Shown here piece after piece: positions 9,951-20,693 of a stretch of DNA of 64,000 nt (its first letter is position 1; the number at the start of each line of letters is the position of its first letter). Position numbers and translations under genes: made by a program. The stretch is from an uncultured Acidobacteriota bacterium (GTDB lineage Bacteria > Acidobacteriota > Vicinamibacteria > Fen-336), in assembly GCA_963720545.1 (NCBI GenBank), contig OY970399.1, positions 3,616,001-3,680,000 of the forward strand, in the 5' to 3' direction. The notes below the pieces were generated by a model. The model worked only from the letters and a program-made list of their open reading frames with translations, was not told where the DNA came from and searched no databases.

Positions 9951-10883
9951 ATGGAACAGGGGAATCCGCAAGACCAACTTGAAGCAGACCCGCCGCCGGC
10001 CCCGGCAGCGCGGCCGGCGGTGAAGCGCCCGAAGATCCAGAAGTACGACGGCGTCGTTTCCGAAGTGATCCGCGAAACCCCGGATACGGTGACGCTGGTT
10101 CTGGAAACCGGCAAGGAACCGCACGAGTACGAAGCGGGGCACTTCCTCACCGTCGATCCGCATCAGTACCCGATCCTCGCCGGCTACACCGCGTTCCTCG
10201 AAGACCAGAAGAAACGCAAGGAGCCGCCGCGCGCCTATTCGATGTGCTCGGCGCCGCACGAGAAGTATGTCGCCTTTACGGTGAAGGAGGAGCTCTACGT
10301 CTCGGGCTCCACCAAGTACCCGCCGCTGCTCTCGCCGCTGCTGGTGCGGATGACAGCGGGAACACCGATGGTTTTCACCGGCTTCACCGGCCCCTACACC
10401 CTGCCGCGCGACGTCGAGTCGCGCACCGACCACGTCCTCCACGTCTGCGCTGGCTCGGGCATCGTCCCGAACTACTCCATCATCAAGTACTCACTGCGAG
10501 AGCATCCGAAGATCCGCCACACGCTCGTGTACTCGAACCGCACCTGGGACGACATCATTTACCGCGACGCGCTCACGGCACTGGCCGCTCAGCACCCCGA
10601 CCGCCTGCGCATCGTCCACACGCTGACGCGCGAGAAAACCCTCGACCGCTTCGGCGCCGATGTCCGCACCGGCCGCGTCGACCTCACCCTCCTCCAGGAA
10701 GTCACCCCCGACCCGAGCGCCGCCATCGCCGTCACCTGCGGCCCGGGATTGTCCACCTTCGAAAAAGCCGCCGCCCGCGAAAAAGGCGAAACCCCGGCCC
10801 CGCGCTTCCTGGAAACGGTCCTCGACGCCCTCGAAGCCCTGGGCATCACCAAGGACCGCCTGGTGAAGGAATCGTACGGATAG
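9951..10883 (+). CDS. Ferredoxin-NADP reductase (FNR)-like oxidoreductase
   Basis: RAYS, CAGSGIVP, TCGP, C-terminal ESYG; GGAGG RBS. Confidence 0.85.
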   Translation: MEQGNPQDQLEADPPPAPAARPAVKRPKIQKYDGVVSEVIRETPDTVTLVLETGKEPHEYEAGHFLTVDPHQYPILAGYTAFLEDQKKRKEPPRAYSMCSAPHEKYVAFTVKEELYVSGSTKYPPLLSPLLVRMTAGTPMVFTGFTGPYTLPRDVESRTDHVLHVCAGSGIVPNYSIIKYSLREHPKIRHTLVYSNRTWDDIIYRDALTALAAQHPDRLRIVHTLTREKTLDRFGADVRTGRVDLTLLQEVTPDPSAAIAVTCGPGLSTFEKAAAREKGETPAPRFLETVLDALEALGITKDRLVKESYG

Positions 10884-10913
10884 GAGTTCGAATGAAGCTG
10901 AGTGCGCGGAACT

Positions 10914-12902
10914 TCAGCGCGGTGTGAGGTCGAGCAGCATGACGTCCGAGTGCTGCTGTTCCCGTTCGAGAACTGCTTCTTTGCCGTCGGGGGAGATGTC
11001 GAAGTCGCGAACGTCGAAGTCGGGGCCGAGATTTGTCAGCTGCCGCTCGGCGCCCGTGGCGAGGTCGAGGAGCCAGAGGTTCTTGTGCTCGATCGCGCCG
11101 CGCAGGAACACGAGCGCCGGTCCTCCCGGCAGGAGCGCGAGGCGGCGTGCGCCGCGGGTCAACGTCAGCGGCTGCAACGGGTGCGGTGCGCCTGCAGCCG
11201 TCGCGGCTTTCACCGCGAACGTGGTGCCGATATCCGGTCCTGAATAGAAGACGACGCTGCCGTCAGGTGTCCACAGCGGATCGACCGAGTAGTCCCGGAC
11301 AAGCGGTACCGGTGCCCCGCCCTCGAGCGGCAGCCGATAGAGATGCGGGACGCCATGATCATCGGCGGCGACCGTGAGCGACTGGCCGTCTGGCGCCCAC
11401 GCCGGGGCACCCTGCAGGTCGAGCGCGTCGGTGACGATGCGCGCGTCCGTGCCGTCCGACTGCATCGTGTAGAGAAACGACTGCCCCCGTTGACGGATGC
11501 AGAGCGCAATCTGTCGGCCGTCGGGTGAGATTGCCGGGCCGCCGGCGATGCGCGCATCGCCGCTGCTCCATAGTTCCGTATCGGTGCCGTCGGCGAACTT
11601 CCAGAGTCCGTCGCCGGTGGCCGTCGCGGAAACGTGCAGCACGTAGCCGGTCCCAAGACGTGGCGCGAAGCCGGTCCTCGTCGTGAGTGGAATTCGAGTG
11701 GCCGCGGAATCGTCGGCGGGTGCGTCGGCGAGGGGCAGCCGCCACAGTGTTCGCTTCGGGTCTGCGAGCGTCACCACCAGTCGGCGGCTGTCGGCGCTCG
11801 CCGCGAGCGACGTGTACCGGTCGAGGCCGGATGTCAGGCGGTGGGGGATGCGGCGCCCGACGTCCATGCTGTACAGCCAGGGGCCCGATCCGTCCGGGTC
11901 GCTCGCAAGATAGAGCAGCGTGTGCCCGTCGAGCAGCACCGGGTGCGTCACGCGGCCGTTGTGCGACGTGAGGCGTTCAGGCGCGCCGCCGCCGGGCCGG
12001 ACGCGCCAGACGTCGAGCGTGTCGGGCAGTGTCCCCTGGATGAAATAGATGAATGCCCCGTCGGGCGCCCACAAGGGGAAATGCGAATGCAGCCCGGCCG
12101 GCGCGGAGAAGATTGGGGTTGCTCCCGGGCGAATACCGCCATCGGACACGAACAACGGGTCGCCCGGTCCGGGCGTGTGATACGCAAGCCGGGAGCCGTC
12201 GTGCGACCAGTCGAACTCGGCGACGCCTTCGAGATACGGCTTCGCCTGGCCGCCGAGCGTGGGCACGGCCCACACACCGATATCGCCGTTCCCGCCGCCC
12301 TTGTCGCTCCGGCGGCGCACCCAGAACGTGACCAGCGAGCCATCAGGTGAGAACCCGAGCGTGCGCACCGACGGGTTGACGAGTTCCGGAGCGCCCCCGT
12401 GCGTGAGGTTGTGGAACTGTCCGGAGCCGAGCTGCGTGACCCATACGTCAATCGGCCCGTCGTGATCGGACAGGAAGGCGACGAACTTCCCGTCGCGTGA
12501 AATCGCGGCTGCCTCCGCCACGCCATCGAAGTCGGTGACGGTCTGGAAGCGCGCGTCGGCGATTGGGCTGCGCCAGAAGTACTCGGTCTTTCGCAGCCAG
12601 AGCGCGGCGCCAAGCGCGAGGACGGCGACCAGGGCAGCCACCGGCCAAACGAAGTTCCACGCCGTTGACGATTGCAGGGCCGAAGCGGGCGGCGTTCCGT
12701 CTTCGGCGGGGCCGCGCAGGTTGCGGCTGCGCACCCATTGCTCGAGCTCCGCTCGTGACGCGTAGACCGAGCCCATCCGGTCATGCTGGTGGCGATGCAC
12801 CGGCATCCCCTCACGACGTTCCCAGCGCTGGACCGTGGTGACATCGCGGCCGAGAAACGCGGCGATTTCCTTCCAGGAATCCAGCCGGTCCGGTTCGCCC
12901 AT
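10914..12902 (-). CDS. N-terminal HTH + single TM helix + TolB/PD40-like beta-propeller protein
   Basis: RLDSWKEIAAFLGRDVTTVQRWE; TM VWPVAALVAVLALGAALW; repeated (W/I)(S/A)PDG motifs. Confidence 0.85.
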   Translation of the reverse strand: MGEPDRLDSWKEIAAFLGRDVTTVQRWERREGMPVHRHQHDRMGSVYASRAELEQWVRSRNLRGPAEDGTPPASALQSSTAWNFVWPVAALVAVLALGAALWLRKTEYFWRSPIADARFQTVTDFDGVAEAAAISRDGKFVAFLSDHDGPIDVWVTQLGSGQFHNLTHGGAPELVNPSVRTLGFSPDGSLVTFWVRRRSDKGGGNGDIGVWAVPTLGGQAKPYLEGVAEFDWSHDGSRLAYHTPGPGDPLFVSDGGIRPGATPIFSAPAGLHSHFPLWAPDGAFIYFIQGTLPDTLDVWRVRPGGGAPERLTSHNGRVTHPVLLDGHTLLYLASDPDGSGPWLYSMDVGRRIPHRLTSGLDRYTSLAASADSRRLVVTLADPKRTLWRLPLADAPADDSAATRIPLTTRTGFAPRLGTGYVLHVSATATGDGLWKFADGTDTELWSSGDARIAGGPAISPDGRQIALCIRQRGQSFLYTMQSDGTDARIVTDALDLQGAPAWAPDGQSLTVAADDHGVPHLYRLPLEGGAPVPLVRDYSVDPLWTPDGSVVFYSGPDIGTTFAVKAATAAGAPHPLQPLTLTRGARRLALLPGGPALVFLRGAIEHKNLWLLDLATGAERQLTNLGPDFDVRDFDISPDGKEAVLEREQQHSDVMLLDLTPR

Positions 12903-12972
12903 CGCGCTCGATTGGCCTCGCAGTTGTTGCCGGGGCGGGGGCTTGATTGTAGCCCGCGGGGCGAGCCGCGGC

Positions 12973-13003
12973 ACGGCAAATCGCGGCATTGGACGGCAAG
13001 TCG
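12973..13003. promoter_or_regulatory. 10-bp-phased direct repeats (CGGCA x3), candidate regulator site
   Basis: ACGGCAAATCG (12973), CGGCATT (12984), ACGGCAAGTCG (12993). Confidence 0.45.
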
Positions 13004-13119
13004 AAGCACTGGCGCCACTTCCGTTCCTTGCTGCTTGCCCGATTCCCGTGCGGCGCCCGATTGTGTCCACGCGTTGCCATGAGGGCACGCTCAACGAACG
13101 AAGGAAACGAGGAGTCAGC

Positions 13120-13674
13120 ATGCGCAAGAAAATGACCTGGGTGCTGTTGTTCAGTGCTGCGCTGGCAATGGCGGCGGTGCTCCAGGCAAAGAAGGTCCAG
13201 GCGACACCAGCGGCGGGATTCGTCGGCACCACTCTCGCCACCGGCCGCATCGGCGAAATCAATGTCTTCAACCACGCGGTCCTGCCGAACAACGACCACA
13301 AGCGCTTTGGCAACATCTGGCTGTCATGGCAGAAGACGCACGGCACGTCCGACCTGTACGTGCAGAGCAACGTATGGCAGCCCGGCGGCAGCACCGGCTG
13401 GCACTCCCATCCCGGGCACAGCCTGATCGTCGTCACCGCGGGCGCCGTGACCGCGTACGAAGGCGACGACCGCCACTGCCGGCCGCACGTTTACACGACG
13501 GGGATGGGCTTCGTTGACCCGGGCGGCGACCACGTGCACGACCTGCGCAACGAAGGCACGGTCGAGGCGCGCACCGTGGCGGTGCAGCTCATTCCCGCGC
13601 ATCCCGACGGTTCATCGTCGGCGGCCGACCGCCGCATCGACGCTCCCGACCCGGGGAACTGCACGCCCCGTTGA
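13120..13674 (+). CDS. Secreted cupin domain protein
   Basis: Signal peptide; PGGSTGWHSHPG and HVHDLRNEG motifs; GAGGAG RBS. Confidence 0.85.
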   Translation: MRKKMTWVLLFSAALAMAAVLQAKKVQATPAAGFVGTTLATGRIGEINVFNHAVLPNNDHKRFGNIWLSWQKTHGTSDLYVQSNVWQPGGSTGWHSHPGHSLIVVTAGAVTAYEGDDRHCRPHVYTTGMGFVDPGGDHVHDLRNEGTVEARTVAVQLIPAHPDGSSSAADRRIDAPDPGNCTPR

Positions 13675-13694
13675 ATTCGGTAACCGACACGAAC

Positions 13695-13723
13695 ACCCCG
13701 GGCGCCTTGCCTACGCCCGGGGT
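13695..13723. terminator. Hairpin between convergent genes
   Basis: ACCCCGGGCG / CGCCCGGGGT perfect 10-bp stem. Confidence 0.55.
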
Positions 13724-14689
13724 TCACACCGTGATGACCACCTTGCCGCGGACGTGGCCTTCTTCAAGGTAGCGGATCGCCGCCGGTACCTGGCTCAGGC
13801 TGTACCTGCGATCGATGACGGGCACCAGCCTGCCATCCGCCATCAGCGTGCCCAGTCCCTCCAGGTCCCTGACGCTGGGGCGGGCGAGGAACATGGACAG
13901 CTTCTGGCTTGCGAAACTCGAGACCACGAGTGCCGCGAGCGCGCGCGGCAGGGGGTTGATCCAGCCGCCGGTGGGACCGCCAACCATGACGTAGCGGCCG
14001 CGGGGTGTGAGGACGCGCCGACAGGCGAGCAGCGAGTGGTTGGACATGTTGTCGATGAAGACATCGTAGCGCTCGGAGCGTGCTGTGAAGTCTTCACGCG
14101 TGTAGTCGATGACCCGGTCGGCGCCGATGCCGCGCACCAGGTCGACGTTGCGCGTGCTGCACACGCCGGCCACATGCGCGCCAAGGGCCTTCGCGATCTG
14201 CACCGCGAACGTGCCGACACCGCCCGAGGCGCCGTTGATCAGCACGCTTTGGCCCGTTTGCAGGCGTCCGCCGTCGCGCAGCGCCTGCAACGCGCTGTAG
14301 CCGGCGACCGGCACGCTCGCTGCCTGTTCGAAGCTCATGTTCGGCGGCTTCGCCGCCAGCGACGCGGCCGGCACGCTGGTGTACTCGGCCAGGGCGCTCA
14401 TGCAGGAGCCGAAGACGGCGTCGCCCGGCCGCCACTTCGTCACGTTGCGCCCGACGGCCGCGACCTCGCCGGCGAAGTCGGCGCCGAAGCGCGTGTGCCT
14501 GGGCCGGCTCAGTCCGGTGCCGAGCCGCATGAGCCGCGGCTTGCCGTGCATGAGGTGCCGGTCGCGGGGATTCACCGACGCGGCGCGCACCCGAATCAGC
14601 GCATCGTCGTCGCCGGGCTGAGGCTCATCCACGTCCTCACAACGGAGAACGTCAGCCGAGCCATAGCTGCGATAGACGATCGCTTTCAT
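13724..14689 (-). CDS. MDR-family NAD(P)-dependent oxidoreductase
   Basis: AASVNP.D, INGASGGVGTFAVQIAK, GHVRGKVVI. Confidence 0.9.
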   Translation of the reverse strand: MKAIVYRSYGSADVLRCEDVDEPQPGDDDALIRVRAASVNPRDRHLMHGKPRLMRLGTGLSRPRHTRFGADFAGEVAAVGRNVTKWRPGDAVFGSCMSALAEYTSVPAASLAAKPPNMSFEQAASVPVAGYSALQALRDGGRLQTGQSVLINGASGGVGTFAVQIAKALGAHVAGVCSTRNVDLVRGIGADRVIDYTREDFTARSERYDVFIDNMSNHSLLACRRVLTPRGRYVMVGGPTGGWINPLPRALAALVVSSFASQKLSMFLARPSVRDLEGLGTLMADGRLVPVIDRRYSLSQVPAAIRYLEEGHVRGKVVITV

Positions 14690-14859
14690 TCCTGGACTTC
14701 GGCGCGGATTATAGCGCCTGCCCTCCGTCCAATACTGAAGGCGTCAGGCGTCCCACCACGGCGACCAGGGGTTTGCGGCGATCACCATGGACGTGACGGA
14801 CGTGCAGGTGGCTCGAGGGCACTGAGTCTGGCAGCATGGATGTGGGGCTTGATGGGCGC

Positions 14860-15972
14860 GTGAGCGATCGCTGGAACGAAAACCGGCTCACCCAGATGCT
14901 TGGGATCGACTATCCCATCGTCCAGGGTCCGCTCGGCGGACTGGCGTCGCAGCGGTTGACCGCCGCGGTCTCCAGCTTTGGCGGGCTGGGGTCGTTTGGG
15001 GCGCTTGGACTCGAACCGGACGCGATCAAGGACGTGGTCGCGGAGATCCGCGCTCTGACATCCGCGCCGTTCGCGATGAACCTGTGGGTCTCGATGGAAG
15101 ACGACGGGGCGCGGGCCGTCGGCGAGCGGGAGTTCGCTCGCAGCGCCGCGGCGCTTGCCGACCAACTCGCCGCTCTGGGCGCACCGCCGCCCGCGTTCAA
15201 GACATACGCGCCTGTCCGGTTCGAAGACCAGGCGCGCGCGCTGCTGGATGCGGCTGTGCCGGTGATGAGCTTCGTCTTCGGGATTCCGCCGAAGGAGATC
15301 CTGCAGGAATGCCGGACGAAGGGTATTGCCACCATCGGCGCAGCGACCACACCCGACGAGGCGTCAGCTCTCGAGGAAGCGGGTGTCGATGCGATCGCCG
15401 CGTCCGGTTTCGAAGCTGGAGGTCATCGCGGTTCGTTCCTTCGTGCCGCCGAAGACTCGTTGACCGGCACGTTGGCGCTCGTGCCGCAGCTCGTCGATCG
15501 CGTCGCCTTGCCGGTAATTGCGGCCGGCGGTATCGCCGACGCCCGCGGGGTCGTGGCGGCGCTGGCACTCGGGGCGGAAGGCGTGCAGATCGGCACAGCG
15601 TTTCTTGGCTGCGAAGAGTCGGGCGCCAGCCCGTTGCACCGCGCGGCGCTGCTCGAGAAAAAGGCCGGCCGCACCGCACTAACCAAAGGCTTCACCGGTC
15701 GGCTCGCCCGCGGAATCGAGAATCGTTTGATGGAAGAACTGAACCGGCCGGGAGTGCCGATCCTGCCTTATCCCCTGCAACGCGCCCTGGTGAAAAACGT
15801 CGCGACAGCTGCGGAGGCGGCGGGCCGCCCGGACCTCCTGCCCATGTGGGCGGGACAGGGCGCGTCTCTCTCGACCTGGACCGACGCTGCGGCGTTCCTC
15901 GGAACGTTGGTCGAAGAGGTGTCCGAGGTTGCCGGCCCGGTCGCGCGTTGGAGCGCCCAACTTCGTACCTGA
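14860..15972 (+). CDS. Nitronate monooxygenase family flavoenzyme
   Basis: YPIVQGP, GFEAGGHRG, IAAGGIADARG, FTGRLARG, MWAGQG; start uncertain. Confidence 0.88.
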   Translation: MSDRWNENRLTQMLGIDYPIVQGPLGGLASQRLTAAVSSFGGLGSFGALGLEPDAIKDVVAEIRALTSAPFAMNLWVSMEDDGARAVGEREFARSAAALADQLAALGAPPPAFKTYAPVRFEDQARALLDAAVPVMSFVFGIPPKEILQECRTKGIATIGAATTPDEASALEEAGVDAIAASGFEAGGHRGSFLRAAEDSLTGTLALVPQLVDRVALPVIAAGGIADARGVVAALALGAEGVQIGTAFLGCEESGASPLHRAALLEKKAGRTALTKGFTGRLARGIENRLMEELNRPGVPILPYPLQRALVKNVATAAEAAGRPDLLPMWAGQGASLSTWTDAAAFLGTLVEEVSEVAGPVARWSAQLRT

Positions 15973-15986
15973 AGAAGGAACATACG

Positions 15987-16943
15987 ATGCCGCGAATGGT
16001 CTGGATGGTTTCTCTCCTGCTCGCGTCGTTGCCGGCGGTGGCAACAGCCCAGCCAAAGGCGCGCCCTGTCGAGTATCGAACTCGCTATCTCACCACGCAG
16101 GTCGACGGGCTCTCGATCTTCTACAGGGAGGCCGGCCCCAGGGGCGCGCCGACGATCCTGCTGTTGCATGGGCTTCCGTCGTCATCGCGCATGTTCGAGC
16201 CGCTCTTCGCACGTCTCGCCGACAGCTATCACCTGGTCGCGCCCGACTATCCCGGCTTCGGGCACAGCGACTGGCCGGACTCGAAGCAGTTCAGGTACAC
16301 ATTCGATCGCTACGCCGAGGTGATGTCGCACTTTGCCGAAAGTCTCAAGCTCACCCGCTACACGTTGTACATGCAGGACTACGGGGGCCCGGTGGGGTTC
16401 CGCATGGCGCTCGCTCATCCGGAGCGGGTCGAGGCGCTCATCGTGCAGGACGCGGTGGCTCACAACGAAGGCCTGGGTGTCAACTGGAAGGTCAGGCGCG
16501 CCTTCTGGACGGATCGCGCCGCCAATGAAGCGACGTTGCGGGCCAATCTCCTTTCCTTGCAGACCACGCGCACGCGCCACGTCGGAAACGATCCCGACGT
16601 GGAACGCTACGACCCGGACCTGTGGATGGACGAATTCGCTTTCCTCAACCGACCCGGCCAGGCCGACATCCAGAGCGACCTCTTCTACGACTACCGCACC
16701 AACGTCGAGGCGTATCCGCGGTGGCAGGAGTGGCTGCGCAAGACGCAGCCGCGGCTGCTCGTGATCTGGGGCAAGTACGAGCTGTCGTTCGATGCGTCGG
16801 AGCCGGAGGCGTATCGGCGCGACGTGCCGAGCGCCGAAGTGCACATCGTCGATGGCGGCCACTTTGCACTCGACACGGCGGCGGACGACATCGCCGCGCT
16901 TGTCGCCGGCTTCCTCAGGAGTCCGCGGGCTTCATCTCGCTGA
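15987..16943 (+). CDS. Alpha/beta hydrolase (epoxide hydrolase-like) with signal peptide
   Basis: LLHGLPSSS, APDYPGFG, QDYGGP, GGHFAL. Confidence 0.9.
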   Translation: MPRMVWMVSLLLASLPAVATAQPKARPVEYRTRYLTTQVDGLSIFYREAGPRGAPTILLLHGLPSSSRMFEPLFARLADSYHLVAPDYPGFGHSDWPDSKQFRYTFDRYAEVMSHFAESLKLTRYTLYMQDYGGPVGFRMALAHPERVEALIVQDAVAHNEGLGVNWKVRRAFWTDRAANEATLRANLLSLQTTRTRHVGNDPDVERYDPDLWMDEFAFLNRPGQADIQSDLFYDYRTNVEAYPRWQEWLRKTQPRLLVIWGKYELSFDASEPEAYRRDVPSAEVHIVDGGHFALDTAADDIAALVAGFLRSPRASSR

Positions 16944-18294
16944 GCATCGTCGGGATCAGCTCCGAGACCGTCGGGTGGATGGCCACGGCGCGCTGCAGCA
17001 CGTCGTAAGGCGCGCCGGCGTTCATGATTTCGAGGATCGCATGGATCGCTTCGTCGCCGCCGGTGCCGAGAATCGCGGCGCCGAGGATCTTACGGGTCTC
17101 GGCGTCCACCACAACGTTCATCAGGCCCTGGGTCTCGCCCTTCTCGATGGCGCGGGATACTTTGGTCATGGGACGCCGGCCGACAAGAAGCTTGCGTCCG
17201 GTGGCGCGCGCCTGCGCCTCCGTCTGGCCGACGCGCCCGAGCGGCGGGTCGATGAAGAGCCCGTATGCCGGGATGCGGTCGGCGACGCTGCGCCGTTCGC
17301 CGTCGAGCAGGTTGGCGGCGACGATTTCATAGTCGTTCCAGGAGGTGTGGGTGAAGGCGCCGCGGCCGTTGCAGTCGCCAAGCGCCCAGATGCCGGGCAC
17401 GTTCGTGGCCAGCGAATCGTCCACGGTGATGTAGCCGCGCGTGTCGGTTGCGACGCCGGCCTTGTCGAGGCCGAGGTCGTCGGTGTTCGGCTGGCGGCCG
17501 AGCGCCAGCAGCACATGCGAACCGACGATGAGCGGCGCACCCTCTTGGCAATCGACGCCTATCGATATGTCCTGCTCGCGGCGCGCCAGGCGGATGCATT
17601 CGGCGCCGGTGCGCACGGTGATGCCCTCGGCGGTGAAGATCTCGCGAATCGCCTCGGATATCTCAGGGTCCTCGCGCGAGATCAGGTGGGGAAGCTTCTC
17701 GACGATCGTCACGCGCGCGCCGAAGCGGCGGTACATCTGTGCGAACTCGAGCCCGATGTAGCTGCCGCCGACCACCAGCAGGTGCTCGGGCACGCGGTCG
17801 AGCTCGAGGATGCTGCGATTGTTGAGGAACGGCACGTCGTTGACGCCCGGCAGCGGCGGCACCGAAGCGCGTCCGCCGACATTGATGAAGATGCGCGGCG
17901 CCTGCAGCACCTCGTCGCCCACCCGCACGCGGTCCGCAGCCTCGAAGCGCGCGTGGCCCTCGATGAACGTGCAGCCCTGCATGCCGCGCAGCCACTTCTC
18001 GAGGCCGCCACGCGACGCCGCGACCACGGCATCGGCGCGGGCTTTCGCCTTTGCCATGTCCACGCGCACGTCGCCGCCGATGACGACGCCGTACTCCGCG
18101 GCGCGCCGCGCGGCGTGCGCGATGTACGCGCTCGCAACCAGCGTCTTGGTGGGCGTGCACCCGGTGTTGACGCAGGTGCCGCCGAGCAGCTTTCTCTCGA
18201 CCAATGCGACGGTCATGCCGGCCTTGGTCAGCCGGCCCGTCAAGGGCGGCGCCGCCTGGCCGCCGCCGATCACGATCGCGTCGAATTGCTTCAT
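16915..18294 (-). CDS. Class I pyridine nucleotide-disulfide oxidoreductase
   Basis: GGTCVNTGC.PTK, GGSYIGLE, IHPTVSE; no C-terminal Cys-Cys. Confidence 0.9.
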   Translation of the reverse strand: MKQFDAIVIGGGQAAPPLTGRLTKAGMTVALVERKLLGGTCVNTGCTPTKTLVASAYIAHAARRAAEYGVVIGGDVRVDMAKAKARADAVVAASRGGLEKWLRGMQGCTFIEGHARFEAADRVRVGDEVLQAPRIFINVGGRASVPPLPGVNDVPFLNNRSILELDRVPEHLLVVGGSYIGLEFAQMYRRFGARVTIVEKLPHLISREDPEISEAIREIFTAEGITVRTGAECIRLARREQDISIGVDCQEGAPLIVGSHVLLALGRQPNTDDLGLDKAGVATDTRGYITVDDSLATNVPGIWALGDCNGRGAFTHTSWNDYEIVAANLLDGERRSVADRIPAYGLFIDPPLGRVGQTEAQARATGRKLLVGRRPMTKVSRAIEKGETQGLMNVVVDAETRKILGAAILGTGGDEAIHAILEIMNAGAPYDVLQRAVAIHPTVSELIPTMLSEMKPADS

Positions 18295-18304
18295 GCCTCC
18301 GAGT

Positions 18305-19720
18305 CTAAAGCTTCAGGAGGAACGCGAACGTCAGGCGATTTTCCGTCTTGACGAGGTCCGGCGTGAAGCCCGGAACGACCGAGCCCGGCGACCCCTGATT
18401 GCCGCCGGCCGGTGTGACGCCGCCCTTGCCCGTGAAGTACGGCACGTTGGCGTAGCGGTGGTTGTACTCGAGGCGGAAGGTCACGAACGGGCTCGGCATG
18501 TAGTCGCCGGTGAGTTGCATGTCCCAGGCCTTGTAGGGATCGCCGGGGTTGTAGGTGAAGTAGGGCGTCCCCGAAAACGCGGTGGCGCCGTTGATCGGCG
18601 GCATGAGCACGAGGTAGCGGCCGGGATTCTTGATGGCGCCGCCGCCCACGGTGAAGCCAAGGCGGCCGTGATCGAGCCAGAGCCGCTGATAGACCATGAA
18701 CCCGAGGAAGTACTGCGAAGGGCTCTCGGCGCTGCCGCCGTTGCAGCTCACGCCGCCGCCGTACTCGCAGCCGGCGTCCAACGTGAGCGAAGCGGCTGCC
18801 TTCACTCCGCCCTTGTCGTAGTACTTGAGCATCACGCTGTTGTCGCTATGGATGCGCTTGCGGCCCGGATTGCCAAGGGTATCCGCGCCGTAGTACTGGT
18901 TCCCCAGGATCGAGAAGCTGCCGGTCGGCCGCCACAAGATCTGCACGCCGAGGCCGGGGGTCTTGTTGAACTTGCCGTACGACTGCCAGCCGTTGATGAA
19001 CCAGGGCTCGATCTTCAGCTTGTCGCTCGGGAAGATCTGCACGCGCACGCCGTTGAAGAACCACGGCGTATTCGACGACACGTAGGACGGCTGGTACGTC
19101 CAGTTGTCGAAGTTGTAGTAGCTCCACAGACCGACGTACGACATGAAGATGCCGGCCTGGATGTTGATGCCGTTCCACTTGTTGATGTGATAGCCGCCGT
19201 ACGCCTCGGAGACATAGCGATACGCATTGTCGAGTTGCCACTGGCCGCGCCCGGGGCTCGCGTCGTTGCGCGGTGTCGTGGACGAGTACATCCCGAACTG
19301 CGTCATCAGCCGCCCTTGCACGTTCTTGTAGTTGAAGTCGCCGCCGATGCCGAGCTGGGTGAGCTGGAACTCGTTGTGGCGGAACACCTCGCTCGATCCC
19401 CCGATCGTGTTGTCCTGGGGCCTGTTGAAGCTGTAGTGATAGGCGGTATCGACGCGGAACTCGCCGGTGAACGCCTTGGTGGCCAGAGGACGCTCGGCGG
19501 CACCGTAGTTGCCGGGTAGCCACGAGAAATCGGCGAATGCGAACGGCTCTGCGGGCTTCGCCTCCTCGGAAGCTGCGGCGGCCGGGTCGGGCGATTGGGA
19601 TGGCTGGGGATCCGGCGTCGCCTCGGAACTCGGCGTCGCCTTGGGCTCGTCGGCAGCGCCGATACCCGAACAAAGAAGGACGAACAGGCTGGCGCGGAAT
19701 AGCGTTGAGCAGGACTTCAC
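18305..19720 (-). CDS. Outer-membrane beta-barrel protein (putative porin)
   Basis: Signal peptide; aromatic-rich amphipathic strands; GIFMSYVGL.SYYNFDNW.YQPS. Confidence 0.75.
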   Translation of the reverse strand: MKSCSTLFRASLFVLLCSGIGAADEPKATPSSEATPDPQPSQSPDPAAAASEEAKPAEPFAFADFSWLPGNYGAAERPLATKAFTGEFRVDTAYHYSFNRPQDNTIGGSSEVFRHNEFQLTQLGIGGDFNYKNVQGRLMTQFGMYSSTTPRNDASPGRGQWQLDNAYRYVSEAYGGYHINKWNGINIQAGIFMSYVGLWSYYNFDNWTYQPSYVSSNTPWFFNGVRVQIFPSDKLKIEPWFINGWQSYGKFNKTPGLGVQILWRPTGSFSILGNQYYGADTLGNPGRKRIHSDNSVMLKYYDKGGVKAAASLTLDAGCEYGGGVSCNGGSAESPSQYFLGFMVYQRLWLDHGRLGFTVGGGAIKNPGRYLVLMPPINGATAFSGTPYFTYNPGDPYKAWDMQLTGDYMPSPFVTFRLEYNHRYANVPYFTGKGGVTPAGGNQGSPGSVVPGFTPDLVKTENRLTFAFLLKL

Positions 19721-19788
19721 GATTGTGCCTCCTGCCCAGGGAGACTAGGGAAACAGGCGTAAAAGCTGCGTAAAGATGAGGCCGCGCG

Positions 19789-20693
19789 CTACCTTTGCTC
19801 CCACCAGCGCAGGACGCGCAGCGCCCGCAGGGTGTTCCAGCGGCTGGGCTTGTCGTCGCCTTCTTCCATCTGGAAGTGGACCTCGCCAGGGTGAGTGTTC
19901 TGCAGCAGCCAGCGGCCATCGGCGCAGCGCCGCATGTTCACAAGGGCGATGGCCTCTGTACACCGCTCATCCGGTACCAGGTCCGCGCGCCGCAGGTAGT
20001 CGAGCGCGCGAAGGACGTCGTAGTGCCAGCCGGTGGGAAAGGAGAAGAGAAGGAAAGCTGGCTTCACGACCTCGCCGGTAGAGAGGCGGCGCAGAAGCTG
20101 GCGCTCCAGCAGATACTCCTGGCCGCGCAGGCGCGCCGCCTTCACCGCGTCCGAGCCGCCCGTCGCGCGCTCGTGCTCCAGCAGTCCTTCGAGCACGGCG
20201 ATGGTCGTGTGAAACGACGAGCGCGTCGAGCCTCGTTCCGCTTCGCAGTTCCACCCGCCGTCCTGGAGCTGCTCGCCGACGAGCCTGTCGACGATCGCCT
20301 GCACGTCCTCACCGAAATAGGCGCCGATCGCCACGGCCTTGCCGTTGATGCACGGCTCCACTTCGCCTTCAAAGAAGAGCTGATTGCCCTCCTCCCAGCG
20401 GCTGTTCGCGCGAACTGGAGCCACCGCGCGGCGCGCTTGCTCGCTTGCCGGATCGAGTCCCATTTCGCGCAACAGCACGAGCGTGTAGGTCGTCCCGGTC
20501 CAGAGGGGGAAGAGCGTGCCGCCAGCCCACTGACCGTCGGCGCCTTGAAGTGCCAGCAGCCGCGCGCCCCAGCCTTCCGTGGCCACCCGCGCGCGCTCCG
20601 CGGCAACGACATCCGCGGGCTCATCGAGAAGATCGCGCATCACCTGCCAGCGGATTGCGGGATCCGAGTCGAGCAGCCAGTCGACGACGTTCA

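Noticed and set aside
16915..18294. Mercuric reductase MerA
   Set aside because: No C-terminal Cys-Cys pair, no NmerA domain and no mer operon
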